Shown: in pieces, positions 27,522 to 36,598 of the stretch
Numbering within the stretch: position 1 is the stretch's first letter
How the letters are laid out: each line of letters starts with the position of its first letter
Assembly (NCBI GenBank): GCA_017427775.1
Contig: JAFRSD010000024.1
Coordinates: 25,808-89,807 of the forward strand
Length of the DNA stretch: 64,000 nucleotides
DNA from: Lachnospiraceae bacterium
GTDB lineage: Bacteria > Bacillota > Clostridia > Lachnospirales > Lachnospiraceae
Direction: 5' to 3'
Translations under genes and position numbers: made by a program
Notes under the pieces: generated by a model
The model's database searches: none
Told to the model about the DNA's origin: nothing
The model's input: only the letters and a program-made list of their open reading frames with translations

Positions 27522-27548
27522 TTTCAAAGAGTTGTTTAGGAGGTCATT

Positions 27549-28571
27549 ATGAGTAAGATCGTTACGCTCGGTGAGATTATGCTTCGCCTTTCGACGCCCG
27601 GATATGAGCGTTTTCTGCAGGCGGAAAGCTTTGATGTATGCTATGGCGGAGGAGAAGCCAATGTTGCCGTTTCCCTCGCTAATTACGGATATGATGTGTC
27701 CTATGTGACTAAGCTTCCGAAGAACGAAATCGGTGAAAGCGCGATCGCGGCACTTCGCAAATACGGCGTGGACTGCAGTGATATCGTACGCGGCGGCGAC
27801 CGTGTCGGAATCTATTATCTGGAGACCGGTGCTTCGGTTCGTCCTTCCAAGGTTATCTATGACCGTGCGCATTCCTCGATTGCCGAGGCCGTTCCTTCGG
27901 ATTTTAATTTCGATAAGATCTTTGAAGGCGCGCAGTGGTTCCATTTTACCGGCATTACGCCCGCTATCAGCGATTCGGCCGCAGAGGTAACAAAGGCTGC
28001 TTTGATCGCGGCGAAGAAACACGGTCTGACCGTTTCCTGTGACCTGAATTTCCGAAAGAAGCTCTGGTCAAGCGAGAAGGCCCGTAAGGTAATGACCGAG
28101 CTGATGCAGTACGTTGACGTATGCATCGGAAACGAAGAGGATGCCGACAAGGTACTCGGCTTCAAGCCCGGCAATACCGATGTAACAAGCGGTAAGCTGG
28201 AACTTGCAGGTTACGAGGATATCTTTAAGCAGATGACCGAACGGTTCGGTTTCAAATATGTCGTAAGTTCTCTTCGTGAGAGCATTTCGGCATCCGATAA
28301 TAACTGGTCTGCAGCCATCTATGACGGAAAGACATTTTATCATTCCCGCTCCTATAAGCTCCACATTGTGGACCGCGTCGGCGGAGGCGATTCCTTCGCG
28401 GCAGGTCTGATCTGCGGACTGATGGATGGAAAGAGCGGAGCGGAAGCGCTTGAATTTGCCGTAGCGGCAAGTGCTTTGAAGCACACGATCCCAGGTGATT
28501 TCAACTGTGTAACGAGAGACGAGGTACTTGCCCTTGCCGGCGGAGACGGCAGCGGCCGGGTACAGCGATAA
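27549..28571 (+). CDS. kdgK: 2-dehydro-3-deoxygluconokinase (PfkB family)
   Basis: 340 aa. MSKIVTLGEIMLRLSTPG..., GGGEANVAV, and the C-terminal DRVGGGDSFAAG motif are typical of KdgK. Confidence 0.88.
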   Translation: MSKIVTLGEIMLRLSTPGYERFLQAESFDVCYGGGEANVAVSLANYGYDVSYVTKLPKNEIGESAIAALRKYGVDCSDIVRGGDRVGIYYLETGASVRPSKVIYDRAHSSIAEAVPSDFNFDKIFEGAQWFHFTGITPAISDSAAEVTKAALIAAKKHGLTVSCDLNFRKKLWSSEKARKVMTELMQYVDVCIGNEEDADKVLGFKPGNTDVTSGKLELAGYEDIFKQMTERFGFKYVVSSLRESISASDNNWSAAIYDGKTFYHSRSYKLHIVDRVGGGDSFAAGLICGLMDGKSGAEALEFAVAASALKHTIPGDFNCVTRDEVLALAGGDGSGRVQR

Positions 28572-28591
28572 AGGAAAAGGAGAAAGGTATT

Positions 28592-29236
28592 ATGAGTTTG
28601 AAGATTCAGAAAGTAACAGACGAAGCATTTGGCACTTACGGCCGCGTGGTAACCGGCTATGACACGAAGGAACTTCTTGACGTTCTCGTTAAGACGACTC
28701 CCGCACCGGCTGACGCCGTTGTTTATGTTCCTTCCGATGCAGGTCTTGAAGCAACGCCCGCCATGAAGGATTTCACGTTGAACTGCTACGGCGGCATGCC
28801 GATCCAGATCGGTTACTGCAACGGCACCAACACGAAGCTGAACTGCCTTGAGTATCATCGCGACAGCGAGATCGATATCGCCGCTGAGGACTGCATCCTT
28901 CTTCTTGCACGTCAGCAGGATTGCATGGGTAAGATGCTCGACACCTCCAAGGTAGAGGCTTTCTTCTGCCCGGCAGGTACCGGCGTAGAGCTTTACGCGA
29001 CTACGCTTCATTATGCACCTTGCAGCGCGAAGAAGGGTGACCATTTCCGTGTTGTTATCATTCTTCCGAAGGGCACGAACCTTGAGAAGCCCGCGATCAC
29101 TGTTAAGAACGATGATGATGCCCGTCTTTTCGCTGCCAACAAATGGCTCATCGCGCATCCTGAAGCAGGCGAAGCAAAGCAGGGCGCGGTTATAGGTCTT
29201 ACCGGTGAGAACATTGATATCATTGATCTGATCTAG
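28592..29236 (+). CDS. DUF4867-family protein
   Basis: 214 aa. The N-terminal FGTYGRVV..YD motif and the size fit what I recall of DUF4867 proteins, which accompany hexuronate genes in Clostridia. Function is unknown. Confidence 0.6.
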   Translation: MSLKIQKVTDEAFGTYGRVVTGYDTKELLDVLVKTTPAPADAVVYVPSDAGLEATPAMKDFTLNCYGGMPIQIGYCNGTNTKLNCLEYHRDSEIDIAAEDCILLLARQQDCMGKMLDTSKVEAFFCPAGTGVELYATTLHYAPCSAKKGDHFRVVIILPKGTNLEKPAITVKNDDDARLFAANKWLIAHPEAGEAKQGAVIGLTGENIDIIDLI

Positions 29237-29294
29237 TATTTTCCGTACTTTTTATGACATCCTATTGAGCGCCAGGCGCAGAAAGAGGTAAGCT

Positions 29295-29762
29295 ATGAAG
29301 TGTCCGTTTTGCGGAGATGAGAATACCAAGGTAATTGATTCCCGGCCTTCCGAGGAGACCAACGCGATCCGCCGCCGCAGACAGTGCGAGAAGTGCGGTA
29401 AGCGTTTTACGACTTACGAGAAGGTGGAGACGATTCCGCTTGTCGTTATTAAGAAGGGTAATATCCGTGAGGCTTATGACCGTTCGAAGATCGAAGCGGG
29501 CGTATTCCGTTCCTGCCACAAGCGTCCCATCAGCGTATCCCAGATCACACAGCTGGTCGACGAAGTTGAGAACGTTATCTTCAATATGGAAGAGAAAGAA
29601 ATTCCGAGTTCCAAGATCGGCGAGCTGGTTATGGATAAGCTGAAGACTCTCGATGCGGTAGCTTATGTCAGATTTGCCTCCGTCTATCGTGAATTCAAGG
29701 ATGTCGGAACCTTTATGGACGAGCTCAAGAAACTGCTTGACCATGAGGATAAGAAGAAATGA
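29295..29762 (+). CDS. nrdR: transcriptional repressor NrdR
   Basis: MKCPFCG...SRP...RRRRQCEKCGKRFTTYE zinc ribbon followed by an ATP-cone. Confidence 0.95.
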   Translation: MKCPFCGDENTKVIDSRPSEETNAIRRRRQCEKCGKRFTTYEKVETIPLVVIKKGNIREAYDRSKIEAGVFRSCHKRPISVSQITQLVDEVENVIFNMEEKEIPSSKIGELVMDKLKTLDAVAYVRFASVYREFKDVGTFMDELKKLLDHEDKKK

Positions 29763-29847
29763 TCAGCCATTTGCTCCGGCAAATGTGACAAAGATTCCGT
29801 TTCGGATTCAGCAATGCGACGAATCGGTTTCGTAAAAAGTAGATTTT

Positions 29848-29884
29848 AAGACAGCATTTTCCCGAAGAAGATGCTGTCTTTTTA
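29848..29884 (+). terminator. rho-independent terminator after nrdR
   Basis: AAGACAGCAT (29848-29857) pairs with ATGCTGTCTT (29871-29880), followed by TTT. Confidence 0.8.
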
Positions 29885-29968
29885 TATGCTCCGCCGATGG
29901 ATTGGCCGGCTTCCCGCATGTAGAATAAAAGCATTCTTCAGTATTTTATATGGAAACGGAGCAATGAT

Positions 29969-31513
29969 ATGTTTTGTGTAATAAACAGTTTTGCGTTAGT
30001 CGGAATTGACGCGCAGCCGGTAAGAGTGGAGGTGGATGTCGGAAACGGACTTCCCGGGATCAATCTGGTCGGGTCGCTTTCCGCGGAGGTGCGGGAGGCA
30101 AGAGAACGGGTCCGTGTCGCGCTTCGAAACGCCGGGTATCCGGTACCCGCGAAGAAGATTACGGTGAATCTTTCACCGGCGGATATCAGAAAGGAAGGAA
30201 CGGGGTTCGACCTGGCAATTGCAATCGGGATTCTGACGGGATTAGAACTGATCCCGCAGGAACTTGTTAAAGGCACGTGCTTTCTTGGGGAGATCGGTCT
30301 GGACGGCGTGCTGCGTCCTGTGCCGGGGGCGCTTTCGTGCGCCTACGCAGCAAAGGAGGAAGGCTACCGGAGCATCTATGTGCCGACCGAAAACGGACAG
30401 GAGGCGGGCATGGTGGAAGGCATTGACGTTTATGCGGTCCGGACGCTTTCCGATGTGATCGAGAGTTTCCTCGGCGACCAGCTTTTGGAACCGCTGGTGC
30501 GGGAGTTTCATGCAGACCCGACCGAGACGGAGGAGGATTTCGCCGACATCAGCGGCCAGTTTCTTGCAAAGAGGGGAGCCGTCATTGCGGCGGCGGGAGG
30601 CCATAACCTGCTTCTTTTGGGACCGCCGGGATCGGGTAAGACGATGCTTGCGAAACGGATTCCGGGTATCCTTCCCGCCATCACACCCGAGGAAAGCATT
30701 GAATTAACAAAGATATACAGCGTTGCGGGTCTGATCCGGCCGGAAGCGGGCAGGATCATGACGAGACCTTTCCGGAATCCTCATCACACCTGTACGCTTG
30801 CGGGAATGGCCGGGGGCGGGGCAAGACTTCCGGTGCCCGGTGAGATCACGCTTGCAACCGGCGGGGTCCTGTTCTTAGATGAACTACCCGAATTTCGCCG
30901 CGAATGCATTGAGGTTTTAAGGCAGCCGTTAGAGGAGCACCGCGTCGTGATCTCGAGACTTTACGGAAACTACACTTTGCCGGCGTCGTTTCTGCTTGTC
31001 GCCGCGATGAATCCGTGCCCGTGCGGGTATTTTCCCGACAGGAACCGCTGCAACTGCAGTCCGGACAGGATCCGTCGCTATATGGGAAAGATCAGCCAGG
31101 CGGTGATCGACCGGATCGATCTGTGCGTGGAGATGAGTGCCGTACCGTTTCAGGATCTGTCAGAACGGACGCGCGGACCTTCCAGCAAAGAAATCCGCGC
31201 GGAGGTCGAACGGTGCCGCATGATTCAGGCGGAACGCTACCGTGACGAATCGTTCCGGCTCAATGCAAGGCTTCCTTCTTCGGCACTGGATAAATACTGC
31301 GTTATGACACCCGAAGCGGAGCGGAAGCTTGCTTCAGCGTTTCGCAGCAAGGGTTTCAGCGCGCGGCTGTATGATCGGATCCGCCGTGTCGGCCGGACGA
31401 TCGCGGACCTGGCCGGCTCTGAAAAGATCGGGGAGGAACATATTACCGAAGCCGTGATGTATCACGCGACCGACATCGGAAGGAGGCATGAACAGTATGG
31501 GAAATTCGTATGA
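29969..31513 (+). CDS. comM: YifB/ComM-family Mg-chelatase-like AAA+ ATPase
   Basis: 514 aa. N-terminal Lon-protease-like domain, Walker A LLLLGPPGSGKTMLA, GVLFLDELPEF, and a C-terminal ChlI-like region. Confidence 0.9.
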   Translation: MFCVINSFALVGIDAQPVRVEVDVGNGLPGINLVGSLSAEVREARERVRVALRNAGYPVPAKKITVNLSPADIRKEGTGFDLAIAIGILTGLELIPQELVKGTCFLGEIGLDGVLRPVPGALSCAYAAKEEGYRSIYVPTENGQEAGMVEGIDVYAVRTLSDVIESFLGDQLLEPLVREFHADPTETEEDFADISGQFLAKRGAVIAAAGGHNLLLLGPPGSGKTMLAKRIPGILPAITPEESIELTKIYSVAGLIRPEAGRIMTRPFRNPHHTCTLAGMAGGGARLPVPGEITLATGGVLFLDELPEFRRECIEVLRQPLEEHRVVISRLYGNYTLPASFLLVAAMNPCPCGYFPDRNRCNCSPDRIRRYMGKISQAVIDRIDLCVEMSAVPFQDLSERTRGPSSKEIRAEVERCRMIQAERYRDESFRLNARLPSSALDKYCVMTPEAERKLASAFRSKGFSARLYDRIRRVGRTIADLAGSEKIGEEHITEAVMYHATDIGRRHEQYGKFV

Positions 31514-32642
31514 TATCTGGCTTTCGGCGGCGGTTTCCACGGTCTCGCATATCAACCATTTGCTGGAATGGTTCGGGGACGCGGAAGGTGTATTCCGGGC
31601 GAAGGAAAAGGAGATCACGGAGGACAGTATTCTGACTCCTTCCGAGAAGGCTTTTCTTACTTCACCCGTGAAGGAGGAGAACCGGAACAGCCGTTACGAA
31701 TATGTATGCCGCAACGATATTCGTATGATCTGCCGTCATGAAAAAGATTATCCGAAGCGGTTCGACTGCCTGGATGACCCGCCGTACGGAATCTTCGTGC
31801 AGGGGAAACTCCCGCCGCCGGACATCCCATCGATTGCGGTTGTCGGGTCCCGCCGCGCAAGTCCCTATGGGGAAAATGTGGCGGAGCTCTTCGCGGGTGA
31901 ACTGGCTGCCGCAGGAATCATCATTGTTAGCGGACTAGCGATGGGAATCGACGGGATCAGTCACCGGGCGGCACTTGAGAACAAAGGCTTTACCGTCGGC
32001 GTACTCGGTTCGGGAATCGGCGTACCGTACCCGAAAGAAAACTGGAAGCTCTATCAGCAGATGCGGGAGAAGGGATGTATCATATCCGAGCACGGACCGG
32101 GGGTCCCGCCGTTAAAACAGAATTTCCCGCACAGGAACCGGCTGATCTCTGCGCTTTCGGACGGTATTCTTGTCGTTGAGGCGGCCGAAAGGAGCGGAAC
32201 GCTGATCACGGTTGACCGGGGACTGGAACAGGGAAAGGACATATTTGCCGTTCCCGGAAGGATCGGCGACCGGAACAGTGAAGGATGCCTGAATCTGATC
32301 AGGCAGGGAGCGTTTCTGGTAACGAAACCGGAGCAGATCATCGCCGAACTCGCGTCCAATTATCCTTCCGTAAGGAAGAATTGCGGGACATATAGACAGC
32401 TTAGTTTTAATTTTCCGAATGATTTTGAGGAATTTAATGAAAATTCTGAAAATTTGATTTTGGGTATTGCAAGGGATGAAAAAGTAGTGTATGATTTGTG
32501 TCGTTTGGACGCCAGGCACTTCGATGAGTTGCTGTCCCAAAGCGGACTGACCGTTGCAAGACTGTCAGAAGTGCTGTATTCCCTGCAGCAGAAGGGAATC
32601 GTCCGGCAGGCTATTCCGAACTACTATTCCCGCAAGGGTTGA
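31497..32642 (+). CDS. dprA: DNA-processing protein DprA
   Basis: IAVVGSRRASPYG, VSGLAMGIDGISH, FPHRNRLISALS, and a C-terminal winged-helix. AGGAGG at 31481-31486 favours ATG 31497 over ATG 31488. Confidence 0.9.
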   Translation: MGNSYDIWLSAAVSTVSHINHLLEWFGDAEGVFRAKEKEITEDSILTPSEKAFLTSPVKEENRNSRYEYVCRNDIRMICRHEKDYPKRFDCLDDPPYGIFVQGKLPPPDIPSIAVVGSRRASPYGENVAELFAGELAAAGIIIVSGLAMGIDGISHRAALENKGFTVGVLGSGIGVPYPKENWKLYQQMREKGCIISEHGPGVPPLKQNFPHRNRLISALSDGILVVEAAERSGTLITVDRGLEQGKDIFAVPGRIGDRNSEGCLNLIRQGAFLVTKPEQIIAELASNYPSVRKNCGTYRQLSFNFPNDFEEFNENSENLILGIARDEKVVYDLCRLDARHFDELLSQSGLTVARLSEVLYSLQQKGIVRQAIPNYYSRKG

Positions 32643-32706
32643 GGAATGCCGGAAAGAAAGGATCCGGTCTTGCGTAATGGACCGGAACCGATTACCGGAG
32701 GATTAT

Positions 32707-34866
32707 ATGAAAGAACCCGCTAAGACGAAGAAGACCGCAAAGTCTTCCGAGGCGAAGACGACGAAGAAAACCGTGAAGGCGGCTAAGACGGCCGAAAAGA
32801 CCGTGAAGACCGCCGCCGAAACGGAGAAGAAGACCGTAAAGGCAGCGAAGACGACGAAGGCCGCCAAGACTGCCAAAACCGCGAAAGCCAAATATCTCGT
32901 TATCATGGAGTCTCCCGCGAAAGCGAAGACCGTTAAGAAATATCTCGGATCCAACTACGATGTGCTTGCATCGGGCGGACATGTCAGAGACCTTCCGAAG
33001 AGCCGGCTCGGCGTCGATGTGGACGGTTCCTTTGACCCGCACTATATCACGATCCACGGCAAAGGAGACGTTCTTGCCGCACTCCGTAAGGGAATCAAAA
33101 AAGCCGATAAGATTTATCTCGCAACCGACCCGGACCGTGAGGGAGAGGCGATTGCATGGCATCTGACGGAGCTTCTGAAGCCGGAGGCGAAGAAGACTTA
33201 CCGTATCACATTCAATGAAATCACGAAAAATGCCGTAAAGAGCTCCATAAAGAACGCCCGTGAGATCGACATGAATCTCGTTGACGCACAGCAGGCGAGA
33301 AGAGTGCTTGACCGTATGGTGGGCTATGAGATCAGCCCGATCCTTTGGAGAAAAGTAAAACGCGGTCTGAGCGCAGGACGCGTACAGTCGGTTGCGCTTC
33401 GCATGATCTGCGACCGTGAAGCTGAGATCGCCGCATTTGTCCGGGAGGAATTCTGGAAGATCAGCGGCACATTTTCCTTCGAAGGCGTTAAGAAGCCGGT
33501 TTCGGCGGTATATTACGGAAAGAAGGGCAGGAAGGCGACGCTTCGCAATGAGGCGGATGCCAATAAGGTGCTTGACGCCGTAAAGGGAGCTTCCTTCACG
33601 GTTTCCGAAGTGAGGGAAAGCCAGCGCAAGAAGAACGCGCCGCTTCCGTTCACGACCAGCACGCTTCAGCAGGAAGCATCCAAGGTTCTCAACTATTCGA
33701 CGCAGAAGACCATGCGTCTTGCACAGCAGTTATATGAAGGCGTAGATGTGAAAGGCCACGGAACGCTCGGCCTGATCACGTATCTGCGTACCGATTCCAC
33801 GCGTATCTCCGCAGAGGCGGATGCTGCCGTTAAAGCTTTCATCGAGGGCGAGATCGGCAAGGATTATGTCGCCGCGACCCAGAAGGAAGCGGACAACGGA
33901 AAGCGTATCCAGGACGCGCACGAAGCAATTCGTCCTTCCTATATCAATCTGACTCCCGATGAGCTGAAGAACGAACTCTCGAAGGAACAGTTCAAGCTTT
34001 ACCAGCTGATCTGGAACCGTTTCGTTGCGAGCCGCATGAAGCCTGCGGTTTATACCGTAACGAGTCTGAAAATCGAAGGTAACGACCACATCTTTACGAG
34101 TTCCTTCAGCTCCGTCGTTTTTGACGGCTACGAAAAGGTATACCGCCTCTCCGATGAGGATGAGGAGGAGAAGGAGTCCGGCAAGCTTCCGAAGGAAGGC
34201 GACAAGGCACGTTCCGCAGAGCTTTCGAAGGAGCAGCATTTTACGCAGCCGCCGGCACATTATACCGAAGCAAGCCTCGTAAAAGCGATGGAGGAGACCG
34301 GTATCGGCCGCCCGAGTACTTACGCGCCTACGATCACGACGATCCTTACGAGACATTATGTCGCGAAGGAGAAAAAGGATATCTTTGTTACCGAGCTCGG
34401 GGAGGCGGTCAATGACCTGATGAAGCAGGCATTCCCTTCGGTTGTTGCTACGGATTTCACGGCAACGATGGAAACACTGCTTGACGGTGTCGAAGAGGGC
34501 AATGTCGCCTGGAAGACCGTTGTGAAGAATTTCTATCCGGATCTGCATGAAGCCGTTAAGGCTGCGGAAGCAACGCTTGACAGCGTGAAGATCGCCGATG
34601 AGGTTTCGGATGTTGTCTGTGAGCAGTGCGGACGTACGATGGTATACAAATACGGCCCGCACGGCAAATTCCTTGCCTGCCCCGGCTTCCCGGAGTGCCG
34701 CAACACAAAGGTCATTATCGAGCACAGCGGTATCGCCTGTCCGAAATGCGGCAAGGAACTGATCGTACGTCATACCCGTAAAGGACGCAGATATTACGGA
34801 TGCGAAGGTTATCCGGACTGCGATTTCATGAGCTGGCAGAAGCCTGAGAACGGGAGCGGAGAATGA
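32707..34866 (+). CDS. topA: DNA topoisomerase I (type IA) with Lys/Ala/Thr-rich N-terminal extension
   Basis: TOPRIM start YLVIMESPAKAKT, DPDREGE, active-site region ITYLRTDS, and C-terminal Cys4 zinc ribbons (CEQCG..CPGFPEC; CPKCG...CEGYPDC). Start ATG 32707 lies 5 nt after GGAGG. The track ORF start at 32554 runs through the dprA 3' end and is rejected. Confidence 0.92.
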   Translation: MKEPAKTKKTAKSSEAKTTKKTVKAAKTAEKTVKTAAETEKKTVKAAKTTKAAKTAKTAKAKYLVIMESPAKAKTVKKYLGSNYDVLASGGHVRDLPKSRLGVDVDGSFDPHYITIHGKGDVLAALRKGIKKADKIYLATDPDREGEAIAWHLTELLKPEAKKTYRITFNEITKNAVKSSIKNAREIDMNLVDAQQARRVLDRMVGYEISPILWRKVKRGLSAGRVQSVALRMICDREAEIAAFVREEFWKISGTFSFEGVKKPVSAVYYGKKGRKATLRNEADANKVLDAVKGASFTVSEVRESQRKKNAPLPFTTSTLQQEASKVLNYSTQKTMRLAQQLYEGVDVKGHGTLGLITYLRTDSTRISAEADAAVKAFIEGEIGKDYVAATQKEADNGKRIQDAHEAIRPSYINLTPDELKNELSKEQFKLYQLIWNRFVASRMKPAVYTVTSLKIEGNDHIFTSSFSSVVFDGYEKVYRLSDEDEEEKESGKLPKEGDKARSAELSKEQHFTQPPAHYTEASLVKAMEETGIGRPSTYAPTITTILTRHYVAKEKKDIFVTELGEAVNDLMKQAFPSVVATDFTATMETLLDGVEEGNVAWKTVVKNFYPDLHEAVKAAEATLDSVKIADEVSDVVCEQCGRTMVYKYGPHGKFLACPGFPECRNTKVIIEHSGIACPKCGKELIVRHTRKGRRYYGCEGYPDCDFMSWQKPENGSGE

Positions 34867-35633
34867 GCGTTCAATTGCTGGATAAAACAAGAAAACTGCA
34901 GAAGCTACTGCACAATAACCAGAGCTCCGAGAAGGTCGTTTTCAACGATATCTGCGGCGTGCTCTGCGATATTCTCGAATCCGACGTGCTCGTATTAAGC
35001 CGCAAAGGGAAGATCCTCGGAAGCGGCAAACGCGAGGATATCCCGGTACTCAGCGGTCTTTTAACGGATTCTCTCGGGAACCATATTGACAGCGCGATGA
35101 ACGAGCGCCTGCTCAATATCCTTTCCACGAAGGAAAATCTGAATCTCCAGATGCTCGGTTTCGAGCCTTCGGAGTGTAACGGCTATTACGCAATCGCAGC
35201 GCCGATCGATATTGCCGGAAACCGGAACGGCACGCTTTTCCTTTATCGTACCGCGAAGCAGTATTCAATCGATGATATTATCCTTGCCGAATACGCGACA
35301 ACGGTTGTCGGGCTTGAGATTGTCCGCTCGAAGAATGAAGAGTCGGCTGCATTTATCCGGGGACAGAAGGTGGCAGAGTCCGCATTTGCCTCCCTTTCCG
35401 TGATGGAAGTGGAAGCGGTAGGTCATGTTTTTAACGAGCTGGAGGGCATGGAAGGCATCCTTGTGACGAGCCGCGTCGCGGACCGCGCGAAGATTACGCG
35501 TTCGGTCATCGTCAATGCGCTTCGGAAACTGGAGAGCGCCGGCGTGATCGAATCCCGTTCGTCCGGCATGAAGGGTACTTTCATCAAGGTTTTGAACAAG
35601 AATATTTACAACTATCTGCCGAAGAAGAACTGA
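34863..35633 (+). CDS. codY: GTP-sensing pleiotropic repressor CodY
   Basis: 256 aa. LLDKTRKLQKLL..., a GAF-like N-domain, and the C-terminal HTH SRVADRAKITRSVIVNALRKLESAGVIESRS. ATGA overlap with the topA stop. Confidence 0.93.
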   Translation: MSVQLLDKTRKLQKLLHNNQSSEKVVFNDICGVLCDILESDVLVLSRKGKILGSGKREDIPVLSGLLTDSLGNHIDSAMNERLLNILSTKENLNLQMLGFEPSECNGYYAIAAPIDIAGNRNGTLFLYRTAKQYSIDDIILAEYATTVVGLEIVRSKNEESAAFIRGQKVAESAFASLSVMEVEAVGHVFNELEGMEGILVTSRVADRAKITRSVIVNALRKLESAGVIESRSSGMKGTFIKVLNKNIYNYLPKKN

Positions 35634-35701
35634 TTCGGCGGGCAATAAAATGAGCGGTATCATCCGGCGTCTTTGCGGGAATAAAGAATTTTAATTTTTT
35701 C

Positions 35702-35730
35702 TTGCATTCCGTCGGATGTTGTGCTATATT
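35702..35730 (+). promoter_or_regulatory. sigma-A-type promoter for rpsB-tsf
   Basis: TTGCAT (35702-35707), 17-nt spacer, TGc-TATATT (35725-35730). Confidence 0.65.
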
Positions 35731-35831
35731 GTTTTAGTCTGAAAAATCACGCATACGGGTGTCCGGCCGGTGCCGAAAGGTCGCCGGATTGACTGGTGCG
35801 GAAGCAAAACAACCAAAGGAGGAATATAACG

Positions 35832-36578
35832 ATGAGCGTTATATCAATGAAACAGCTGCTTGAGGCCGGCGTACATTTCGGTCATCAGACAAGAAGATGG
35901 AACCCTAAGATGGCTCCGTACATTTATACCGAGAGAAACGGTATCTACATCATCGACCTTCAGAAGTCCGTAGGTAAGGTTGACGAGGCTTACTACGCAG
36001 TAAAGGACATCGTTGCAAACGGCGGCAAGATCCTTTTCGTAGGAACCAAGAAGCAGGCTCAGGATTCCATTAAGGTAGAGGCTGAGCGTTGCGGTATGTA
36101 CTATGTAAACGAGAGATGGCTCGGCGGTATGCTGACCAACTTTAAGACCATTCAGTCCCGTATTGCAAGACTGAAGGCAATTGAGACCATGTCCACCGAC
36201 GGCACATTTGACGTTCTTCCCAAGAAGGAAGTTATCGGCCTGAAGAAGGAGTGGGAGAAGCTCGAGAAGAACCTCGGCGGTATCAAAGAGATGAAGAGAA
36301 TTCCGGATGCGATCTTCGTAGTAGATCCCAAGAAGGAAAGAATCTGCGTTCAGGAAGCTCACATCCTCGGCATTCCGTTGATCGGTATTGCCGATACCAA
36401 CTGCGATCCCGACGAGTTGGATTATGTTATCCCCGGTAACGATGACGCGATCCGTGCCGTTAAGCTTATCGTAAGCAAGATGGCTGACGCTGTGATCGAG
36501 GCCAATGAAGGCGAGCAGCTTGTAGACAACGCGGAAACCGAAGAGGCTTCCGAAGAGGCTGCTGCTGACAACGAGTAA
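35832..36578 (+). CDS. rpsB: 30S ribosomal protein S2
   Basis: [27 protein letters not shown]. The start at 35832 follows AAGGAGG. Confidence 0.95.
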   Translation: MSVISMKQLLEAGVHFGHQTRRWNPKMAPYIYTERNGIYIIDLQKSVGKVDEAYYAVKDIVANGGKILFVGTKKQAQDSIKVEAERCGMYYVNERWLGGMLTNFKTIQSRIARLKAIETMSTDGTFDVLPKKEVIGLKKEWEKLEKNLGGIKEMKRIPDAIFVVDPKKERICVQEAHILGIPLIGIADTNCDPDELDYVIPGNDDAIRAVKLIVSKMADAVIEANEGEQLVDNAETEEASEEAAADNE

Positions 36579-36598
36579 TTTATACGGAGGAAATAACA

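Noticed and set aside
32554-32706. Track ORF start that would add 51 residues (MQDCQKCCIPCS...) to TopA
   Set aside because: The extension overlaps the dprA 3' end in another frame, has no RBS, and is Cys/Arg-rich nonsense. ATG 32707 has a GGAGG at ideal spacing.
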